Of a stretch of 32,000 bases of DNA, positions 25,668 to 32,000 are shown one piece after another. Each line of letters begins with the position of its first letter. The first letter of the stretch is position 1. The stretch covers positions 4,020,001 through 4,052,000 of the forward strand of contig NZ_CP015137.1 of the NCBI RefSeq assembly GCF_001644705.1, read 5' to 3'. Under the pieces are notes generated by a model that was not told the origin of the DNA, did no database searches, and worked only from the letters and a program-made list of their open reading frames with translations. Origin of the DNA: Dickeya solani IPO 2222 (GTDB taxonomy: Bacteria > Pseudomonadota > Gammaproteobacteria > Enterobacterales > Enterobacteriaceae). A program made the position numbers and the translations under genes.

Positions 25668-26414
25668 TTATGAATATTGCCCCAGCTCCAGTTGTTGCAA
25701 TTCGGCAAGCGTATAAATACGAAAAACATTCCGATGTCGTACTTCCAGCGGGATAGGTTGATGGTTAACGATAACGTGTTTGATGCTGGCGAACAGTAGT
25801 TCAAGAGCACGTTTTTTCTGCGGGTCCGGCACGATATAGAAAACGTACATCCAGTGTTTGTGAGTACGGGCCAACAGGTGGCTGGCGATAATCGACTGGT
25901 AGCGGGCTTTGGTTTTCAGGCGGCGCTCGGTTTCTACCGCAATGACCTGTCCGCCAGGGAGGGTGATGAGTCCATCCGGGCGGTGTTTGACCTGATATTG
26001 GCTGAGGAAGGTTGAGCGATCACCGTTTATCCAGCCGGTAGCGCCTTTTTTCTCCAGAATAAGCCGGGCTGCCTGATTATCGAGATGATGCTCTAACGTC
26101 CAGCCGGTAATTCTGGACGGTTCAAACCGTGCCGGGAAAATATCGTCATTGGGTTTTACTACCAGCGCTAACCCGTCACTGGTGATCCCCCACAAAGAAA
26201 TTTTCCCCGTGCGGGTATCAAATTCATGTTTTTGTACCCATCCCATTTTGATGGCTTTGGCAAGCAACAGATAAAGAGGTTTGTGATTTTTAAAATCAAA
26301 AAGCAGCATCAGTGTTTTAAAGTCACTGTAGGTTTCTTCTTTCAGGAAATTCAGCAGTATCTTTATTTTCTCGTTATTACGCCTGTGGCGCTCACGATAT
26401 GTTGATATCAACAT
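25668..26414 (-). CDS. Replication-relaxation-family-like protein (position of MobC in ICEKp-type elements): winged-helix N-terminus plus a nuclease-like core
   Basis: A 248-aa protein directly downstream of the coupling-protein gene. The N-terminal region (KPLYLLLAKAIKMGWVQK) looks like a wHTH. The C-terminal HRPDGLITLPGGQVIAVETERRLK resembles the PD...E.E..K core seen in replication-relaxation proteins (from memory). Confidence 0.6.
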   Translation of the reverse strand: MLISTYRERHRRNNEKIKILLNFLKEETYSDFKTLMLLFDFKNHKPLYLLLAKAIKMGWVQKHEFDTRTGKISLWGITSDGLALVVKPNDDIFPARFEPSRITGWTLEHHLDNQAARLILEKKGATGWINGDRSTFLSQYQVKHRPDGLITLPGGQVIAVETERRLKTKARYQSIIASHLLARTHKHWMYVFYIVPDPQKKRALELLFASIKHVIVNHQPIPLEVRHRNVFRIYTLAELQQLELGQYS

Positions 26415-26422
26415 GTCTTCTC

Positions 26423-28147
26423 CTAAAAATCGATCTGAGGCACATTTTCTTCTTCGCTGAAATCCAGCGCTCGTTTTACCGGTGCCGCTGATGCAGCGAT
26501 ATCAGGCGAAACGGTGAACGTTTCCAGCTCACGTTTTTGCACTTTGATGGGGGAAATCAGCGAGGCGGAGGGAAGTGTTTTCGTGGTGAAGATAAAACTG
26601 ACGAAATCAGGCAGGTTCAGGATCATATTGCTGTCTATAAAGAAACGCTCGGCCTGTCTGATAGTACGTTCACCGTCGATGGTTTCCGTCAGTACGGCAT
26701 CAGTTTTGGCTTTGCGGATTTCATCATCCACTAAGATGGTGCCAGACATTCTCGCTACCCATTCCGCTGTATCCGGGTCCATAACGCGGTATGCCAGCTT
26801 GAATTTAGCGTTTTCAACGACTGCACCGACAACTGCATCGCCTTTTAAATCCGCTGGGCAGTCTTTTAAATCGGCAATGGACTGATGGGCCATGATGATA
26901 TGTACGCCTTTATCCCGTGCTGCGCCTAACCCCTCCAGTGCTGGTTTTGATAAGTGGTATTTCAGTTCGTCGAGAAAGATGGCTATGGGGCGGGGCGTTT
27001 CTTTTACCCGGTCGCGCCTTTCTGCTAATTGGTAAAGTCGTACCAGCAGCATTCGCTGGGCGGTGATAATCTTGCTATTGCGCATTGAGCCGATGACATA
27101 GCAGCAGCCACCTTCATCAAAAACCGATTGGAGTGAAAATCCTGTCGGCGCGTTGATGGCATTGAGCAACGCCAGCTCTTCAATCTTGCCGAAAAAGGCT
27201 TTGATATCCTCCGCGATACCTTGAACATATTCGCCGTTATAAATATCGCGGATAGTCGAAGAGGGATGACTGCTGACAAATTGTGCCGCCATACGTGCCG
27301 CTTTTCGGTCGTCGATACGATAAAAATCGGATTCCTGACCTTTTTCCGCCAAGCTGAATCCCGCAACAAACAATTCTTCTAGTTCGTCAGGCGTAATATT
27401 TTCAATCAGATTTAGTTGGTATTGCGGTTTTCGCAGGTCAATTAAGGCAAAGGGTTTGCCTGCATCCTCGCAGGCCTTGCGATAAAGATGTGTCGCCCAT
27501 TCATCATCCTTTGGGTCCATAATAAATACCCCTTCACCCGCCAGGATGCTTTGATAAAGCAATATCCCGGCGGCCACCCCTTTTCCAGCCCCGGTGGTGC
27601 CGATAATATCCGCATGTTGTCTTTGCCAGTCTTTTAACGGGAGATACATCGGCTGTTGCTCTCTGTCCATCCCGATAAAAATACCCTTATTTAGGTTGAT
27701 ATAATCCAGCGGATTATAATGCAGCGTTTCCGGCAGTAGGGATTTTACCGTGCGTACATCGGTGCGTAATTCCCGTTCAAGACTGGTCTTTTTGATGAGT
27801 TGTTTTTTTATTTTATCCACTTCAGGCGTTAATACTCGGCGCAGACTAATATGGAGAATAAGCCCTGCCACGGTAAATGTAATTAATATTGACCAGTCCA
27901 GAATGGGAATGCGGGTAAGTATCCGATCGTTATAAAGCCACCTAAAAACGCTAATAAGTAAGGGGCCCACTGTGCTAAACAGGAAACACAGCAGGGAAAA
28001 AGTGATAATCAGCTTTTTCCATAATGGGGCTTTCTGCCGATCATCGCTTTTCATTGAAGCGAAAAACGGCAGGGTCAGGCCCGATAATAGCGCCATCATC
28101 AATTGATGCTGTTGCATAACATCAATAAAGGCCAGAGCACCATTCAC
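26423..28147 (-). CDS. Type IV coupling protein (VirD4/TraD/TraG family; MobB in ICEKp/ICEEc1 nomenclature)
   Basis: Two N-terminal TM helices, Walker A GTTGAGKGV and Walker B IFLDELKY. The 574-aa protein has the acidic C-terminal tail (DFSEEENVPQIDF) typical of TraD-like proteins. The start is a GTG at 28147, and ATG 28117 is an alternative. Confidence 0.9.
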   Translation of the reverse strand: MNGALAFIDVMQQHQLMMALLSGLTLPFFASMKSDDRQKAPLWKKLIITFSLLCFLFSTVGPLLISVFRWLYNDRILTRIPILDWSILITFTVAGLILHISLRRVLTPEVDKIKKQLIKKTSLERELRTDVRTVKSLLPETLHYNPLDYINLNKGIFIGMDREQQPMYLPLKDWQRQHADIIGTTGAGKGVAAGILLYQSILAGEGVFIMDPKDDEWATHLYRKACEDAGKPFALIDLRKPQYQLNLIENITPDELEELFVAGFSLAEKGQESDFYRIDDRKAARMAAQFVSSHPSSTIRDIYNGEYVQGIAEDIKAFFGKIEELALLNAINAPTGFSLQSVFDEGGCCYVIGSMRNSKIITAQRMLLVRLYQLAERRDRVKETPRPIAIFLDELKYHLSKPALEGLGAARDKGVHIIMAHQSIADLKDCPADLKGDAVVGAVVENAKFKLAYRVMDPDTAEWVARMSGTILVDDEIRKAKTDAVLTETIDGERTIRQAERFFIDSNMILNLPDFVSFIFTTKTLPSASLISPIKVQKRELETFTVSPDIAASAAPVKRALDFSEEENVPQIDF

Positions 28148-28207
28148 TATCGGCGACAGTGAAACGGCAAGCTTATTTTAAATCATGATGCCTCCTTCGT
28201 CAGAGAC

Positions 28208-28280
28208 TCGCCCCAACGCATCGCCCCATCAATTCGCCCCACGGTGTTGGGCGAAAAGGCGGGGCGAACGTCTGGGGCGA
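28208..28280. repeat. Six 8-bp sites at exact 13-bp phasing: three TCGCCCCA followed by three inverted (T)GGGGCGA
   Basis: TCGCCCCA at 28208, 28221 and 28234. Inverted copies are TTGGGCGA at 28247, CGGGGCGA at 28260 and TGGGGCGA at 28273. The array lies 60-130 bp upstream of the coupling-protein start. Confidence 0.85.
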
Positions 28281-28627
28281 AGAAGGTGACCGCTCTGCGG
28301 TCATGTGTCGGAAAGCATGCTTCCTGACACGAAACAGCGTGCGCCAGTTCATGCGGGCTGGACGCTCTCACTGCATGTCACATGGGGGTAATGTCGTGGC
28401 TGGACGCCGCGCCAAAACCCCCAGGGTCAAAGGCGGCACACCGTCGCCCGCTACGCGCGACCACCCCCGTTGAGACGCCGTTTTTCGCCTATTTTTTCTG
28501 TTGTCCGTTCCGGCCAAGCGAAAAAATGGGAAAACGCCTTCAAAGTGGGTGGTCGCGCCACGCTACCGGCTTTGGGCCGGAGACTTAGCCGCGACGGTGT
28601 GCGGGGCACGCCCCCCACAAAAACCGG

Positions 28628-28843
28628 CGCGTGGGCGCGCCTATTTGCTCGCTGGGGCGGCAAATTTTTTGCGGCTCCCCCCGGCCGACAAAAGCCGCGT
28701 GGGCGCGGCTGTTTGCCGGTGAGGCGCGGTGCCTGAAATATTTTCGCGTCGTAATCCGCGAAAATATTTCTGTCCGCTGCCTCATTTTTACGGCCCGGTA
28801 TTTTTCGTGCCTTAACTCGCGAAAAATGGGCGGGCCGTAAAAA
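28628..28843. other. Candidate oriT core: direct repeats plus two large inverted repeats in a GC-rich non-coding region
   Basis: CGCGTGGGCGCG occurs at 28628-28639 and 28696-28707, each followed by (C/G)CT(A/G)TTTGC. There is a perfect 14-bp IR GAAATATTTTCGCG/CGCGAAAATATTTC (28735-28748 and 28757-28770) and a perfect 13-bp IR TTTTTACGGCCCG/CGGGCCGTAAAAA (28785-28797 and 28831-28843). The region sits between the T4SS and coupling-protein genes, where oriT maps in ICEKp1/ICEEc1 (from memory). Confidence 0.55.
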
Positions 28844-28882
28844 CCTGAAAACCGTCACGCCTTTGCGCCCGGTTCGTCAGTA

Positions 28883-29185
28883 TTAGCCACGAACGCGGCC
28901 AAATTTGCTAATTATCTGGTCGATAATTTCCGGGTCAGCCGAATCACATTCGTTTAAAAAGGATTGTCTGGCATCGGCAGTCTGGCCGGGGAGAAAACCG
29001 TGCCGGTTCTTTTTCACAATAGAAAAGAAGGCGCGTTCAGCTGACTGACAGGTATGTCCACCGCTGTTTCCGGTGGTTTTACCGTACAGACATAAAACAG
29101 CTTCACAGGCATCAGCGGCTATCACTGAGGCCGGAAATAATACATTCATGCCGAGAAGAAAGGCGGTGAGTATGACGAGTTTCAT
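28883..29185 (-). CDS. Small exported Cys-containing conjugation-associated protein (TrbM-like)
   Basis: Signal peptide (MKLVILTAFLLGMNVLFPASVIA/AD) followed by DACEAVLCLYGKTTGNSGGHTCQSAERAFFSIV. From memory this resembles the TrbM family pattern. It is adjacent to virB11. Confidence 0.6.
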   Translation of the reverse strand: MKLVILTAFLLGMNVLFPASVIAADACEAVLCLYGKTTGNSGGHTCQSAERAFFSIVKKNRHGFLPGQTADARQSFLNECDSADPEIIDQIISKFGRVRG

Positions 29186-29225
29186 ATCGAATACCTTTAT
29201 TGGGTGGCAGGGGGCAATGGTTCGT

Positions 29226-30242
29226 CTATCTGAATATTTCCTTCATGTGATGAAGGTGTACCGGTTTAAAATAAATATCGCTCATCCGGCGGACGTCGCC
29301 ATGAATATCAATACTGACGATCACATCAATGCTTTTTAGCACCTTGCGTAACAGCACATCGAACGGGATATTGTGGCAGTCCAGGTTTTCATAGCAGCGG
29401 TCGATGAGTCCCTCAATACACTCTTCCGGGCTGCCCGCGTGCAGGGAGGTAATAAGCCCTTCATGGCCGGAGCCGATAATTTTCAGTGCGTCCCAGGCTT
29501 CCCGCCCGCGAATTTCCGCCAGCAGAATTCGGTCCGGGTTCATTCGATAATTCGCCCGTATCAGCCTGCCGGGGGTGACAATTGCCTCGTCGGTGGCCTC
29601 TGCCGGGTAAAACAGATGCACATAATTAGCGTGGTGGTAAAACCGGATTTCAGGGTTGTCTTCAATCGTCGTCAGCCTGAGATGCGACGGAATATAGTGC
29701 AGCAACGTCTTCATGTAGGTGGTTTTACCCGAGCCGGTTTCCCCCACAATAAAGAGCGTTTTGCCGTACTCGACAGCTTTTTCAATAAAGCGGGGGGTGT
29801 CCCCGTTGTTGTAATATCGGGTCAGTTCCTCGTCCTTGTTTTCAGCCAGCTCCTGACCGGTTACGCGGTGATAAAATCCCGCCTCAATCCACGACTGGTG
29901 CGTTTTCTGCGCATATGACGGTTTGCGCAGCGTAATAGACACGGTATTCCGCTCGCAGGCCGGGGGAATAATGGCCTGAATGCGTTCGCCGGACTCCAGC
30001 GTGGCGGACAGAATCGGCGACGTGTCATCAATATTATCGTCATGCCATGAGGCCAGCGCGTTGGCAAAGGCATGGCACTGACGCAACGTAACTAGCGACT
30101 CATGTCTCTGCCATCGACCGTTTATTTTGGTGTGGATCTCGCCGGGGCGGTTGATGGCGATTTCCGTCAGGCCTGCCAGTGGCAGAAATTCACCAAATAG
30201 CTGATGTTTCATAAAATCAAGCGACAGGTTTTCAGCGCTCAT
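29226..30242 (-). CDS. virB11: VirB11-family type IV secretion ATPase
   Basis: Walker A GETGSGKTT, Walker B-like ILLAEIRG, and the His-box region GHEGLITSLHAGS. The protein is 338 aa and its start overlaps the virB10 3' end by 11 nt. Confidence 0.93.
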   Translation of the reverse strand: MSAENLSLDFMKHQLFGEFLPLAGLTEIAINRPGEIHTKINGRWQRHESLVTLRQCHAFANALASWHDDNIDDTSPILSATLESGERIQAIIPPACERNTVSITLRKPSYAQKTHQSWIEAGFYHRVTGQELAENKDEELTRYYNNGDTPRFIEKAVEYGKTLFIVGETGSGKTTYMKTLLHYIPSHLRLTTIEDNPEIRFYHHANYVHLFYPAEATDEAIVTPGRLIRANYRMNPDRILLAEIRGREAWDALKIIGSGHEGLITSLHAGSPEECIEGLIDRCYENLDCHNIPFDVLLRKVLKSIDVIVSIDIHGDVRRMSDIYFKPVHLHHMKEIFR

Positions 30243-31440
30243 ACCACCTCGGTTTCAGACGCAGTTGATAAACGGAAGAGAAATCGATATCCGTGCCGGT
30301 CATGATGCCGATCACCTCCCCCTGATTGAGGTACATCGTGGGCGGGATATTGATGCTGTTTTCCAGGGCCGTTTTTGCCATCTCCGAGGCGGCAGCACGC
30401 GTATTCTCGGTGTAGTCGGTATTACGGTCTTTCCCCGGCGCTGTATTCGCCGCCGCTGCGGCGACGTCCTGTACCGTACTCAGCATTAACGCGTTGCCGA
30501 ACCGCTCCCAGAAATGGGTATCGATCCTGCCGCTAATCCCGGCTTCTCCCAACGGGCCGGTGGCCTAGGTATCGGTCAGCGGAATGTGCAGGCTACCGGG
30601 CTCTGGTGTGCGTAACTCCGTCCAGATGACAAACATCCGGCTCCGGCCCTGTTGCAGTGCGCCGGTGCGGTAGATGCCACGGGCGATGGTGCCTGCCGGG
30701 AGCAGCTTCACGTGATGACTGGCACTGTAGACATCCTCACTGATAAGGCAGGAAATCCGCCCGCCGACATCGGAAACAAAGCGCTGCATCATCGAGCAGG
30801 GAATGTAGCTATCAACCGGCAGGTAGAGGTCGGGATCGAGACCGAGCCGTCGGACGTGGGTGACTGTTACCACGCCGGGAGCGGTGTTTTTTATCTCCAG
30901 GTCAGGCGCGGTAGTGGGCTTTTGCTTGTCAGTACCGGAGGCGGTGACGTGGGAAGCCGATGCGGTATCTGACGCCTGACTTAACCCGTCGGCCAGGGCG
31001 GCGGCCTTGTTTAACGCGGGCGGTGCTGGCGGTGGCGGGGCAGCCTGCGTCTGGCGATGATCCGTTGTGGTTTCCGGTCTGTTTTGCTCGAACAGACCGA
31101 ACGGATGACGGTCCATACCGAGGTTTTTACGCGCAGGCGGTATTGCGCCGGTCGGCGGTAGCGGCTGGGTCTCCGTCGCCTGGTCATCGCTGTGTTTGAC
31201 TGCGCCAAAAAAGCGATCCCCACTCCATGCCAGCAACATCAGCACCGCCAGACTGAGCAGGCTGACCCGCCGCGTTCGGCGACTGGCGGGTTTTTTAAAG
31301 CGGGTGACGTCCGGCTGACCGGGCGGTGAGTTGTGCGCTTGTGTCTGGCTTTCTCTCGCGGCTCTGGCGCGTTCACGGGCTTCGGCTTCCCGTTCAGCCA
31401 CGGTTTTTTCCGCTGTATCCGGGATGGGATGGTCTGTCAT
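30232..31440 (-). pseudogene. virB10: VirB10/TrbI-family T4SS protein interrupted by one in-frame TAG
   Basis: The N-terminal cytoplasmic region, TM helix (VSLLSLAVLMLLAW), Pro-rich region (PPPPAPP) and the start of the beta-barrel domain are in ORF 30565..31440. The rest of the barrel (GEAGISGRIDTHFWERFGNALMLS...) is in ORF 30232..30552 in the same frame. The junction reads PLTDT-TAG-ATGPLGEAG, with the stop at 30565-30567. Confidence 0.85.
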
Positions 31441-32000
31441 TTGGTCTCCAGCGTGACGGCGGGCGAAACGGTGTCACCAGCGCTGACGGCGACGTTGCCG
31501 AATGCGGTATTCTCAATGCCGACCACGGCGCGGCCATAACGCAACGCCAGATGCGGCGACATGGCCCGCACGACCATCACGGTGTAGTTCCCGTGTTTGG
31601 TGATTAGGGGCGTGACGGTCTGCTCCTGCTGGTTAACGACCCGAAACAGTGACGGCAGGATTTTAGTGGGCGAAAAACCGAGGGTGATAAAGCGGCCATC
31701 ATCGTAGGCAAAATCCGGTGCAATCGCCGCCGAGTCCGCTGCGACTCGCTTGGTATAGCGCCAGTTTCGCGGTGTGGTGGCCTGTTCGAAGGCGGCCGCA
31801 ATCTGTTGCTTTTCCTGTGCCTCACGCAGGCGTTGCAGGTGGGTGGCATCGGCCGCCGCTGATTGCCTGCGTGCCTCATCGGGATAGTGAAAACGGATAA
31901 TGAAGGCCTGCGAGGGCGAGTCGTTATCCAGCACGTTAAGCTCCAGGCTGTACTCGCGTTTGGATGTCACCACAAACAGGTTGGTTTTCCACTCTTTGGC
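31437..32000 (-). CDS. virB9: VirB9/TrbG-family T4SS outer-membrane core protein (5' end beyond window)
   Basis: The frame is open to nt 32000 (AKEWKTNLFVVTSKREYSLEL...). Family landmarks are NWRYTKR..IAPDFAYDDGRFITLGF...LALRYGRAVVGIEN. ATGA overlaps virB10. Confidence 0.88.
   Translation of the reverse strand, partial: AKEWKTNLFVVTSKREYSLELNVLDNDSPSQAFIIRFHYPDEARRQSAAADATHLQRLREAQEKQQIAAAFEQATTPRNWRYTKRVAADSAAIAPDFAYDDGRFITLGFSPTKILPSLFRVVNQQEQTVTPLITKHGNYTVMVVRAMSPHLALRYGRAVVGIENTAFGNVAVSAGDTVSPAVTLETK

Larger units (their letters stand above)
13605..32000 (-). mobile_element. Distal part of an integrative conjugative element (ICEKp/ICEEc1-HPI-like layout). It continues beyond the right window edge
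   Basis: Read right to left, the order is virB9, virB10, virB11, a small exported protein, a GC-rich repeat region, a coupling protein, a replication-relaxation-like protein, variable cargo, and the tRNA-Asn 3'-end repeat. This matches the published T4SS-oriT-mobBC-variable region-DR organisation of asn-tRNA ICEs (from memory). Confidence 0.7.

Noticed and set aside
28183-28371. A 62-aa minus-strand ORF just upstream of the coupling-protein gene
   Set aside because: It spans the six-site 8-mer array and has no recognisable motif. It could be a small relaxosome accessory gene, but the sequence alone does not support the call.
28372-28860. Several 66-135-aa ORFs on both strands (28382..28588, 28451..28858, 28470..28736, 28501..28722, 28585..28785, 28631..28840)
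   Set aside because: They overlap one another in a GC-rich region, which gives long random ORFs. They are rich in Arg, Pro, Ala and Gly and have no start-site context. The region is better explained by its repeats as an oriT or regulatory region.
1-32000. CRISPR arrays, rRNA genes and self-evident riboswitches
   Set aside because: I saw no regularly spaced repeat-spacer array and no rRNA-like conserved blocks. The short repeats that are present are explained above as operators, att sites or oriT features.

Overview
This window looks like an enterobacterial chromosome segment with three compositional zones. (1) nt 1-6900 is core-like DNA. It holds the end of an amino-acid ABC transporter (permease and ATPase), a small IS3-family orfA remnant, and a complete D-galactonate operon dgoR-K-A-D-T with a recognisable DgoR operator and promoter. 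(2) nt 7000-13600 is an older, partly decayed accessory block. It holds a LysR regulator divergent from SDR and GST genes, an isochorismatase-like fragment, two alpha/beta hydrolases (one exported), a small exported Gly-rich protein, and a frameshifted N-terminal remnant of a P4-type integrase. (3) nt 13605 to the window end is the distal part of an integrative conjugative element. Its gene order is virB9-virB10-virB11, a small exported Cys protein, a GC-rich oriT-like repeat region, a coupling protein, a replication-relaxation-like protein, variable cargo, and then a 16-nt copy of the tRNA-Asn 3' end. From memory this matches the ICEKp/ICEEc1 (HPI-associated) mobilisation module that targets asn tRNA genes. 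The cargo contains hipBA, an integrase C-terminal scar, ccdAB, an ArdC-type antirestriction gene and a gene broken by one in-frame TAA. At the extreme end sits a strongly AT-rich, tightly coupled three-gene operon (14124-19813). It encodes a C5 cytosine methyltransferase, a 991-aa protein with an N-terminal MORC/Hsp90-like GHKL ATPase and a C-terminal histidine-kinase-like module, and a 549-aa protein with a receiver-like N-terminal domain and an unrecognisable C-terminal domain. No nuclease is recognisable in it. This is my best candidate for a previously undescribed, methylation-linked defence-type system wired through a phosphorelay. virB10 carries an in-frame amber codon, so the element may be transfer-defective. 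I found no CRISPR array, no rRNA and no complete tRNA.
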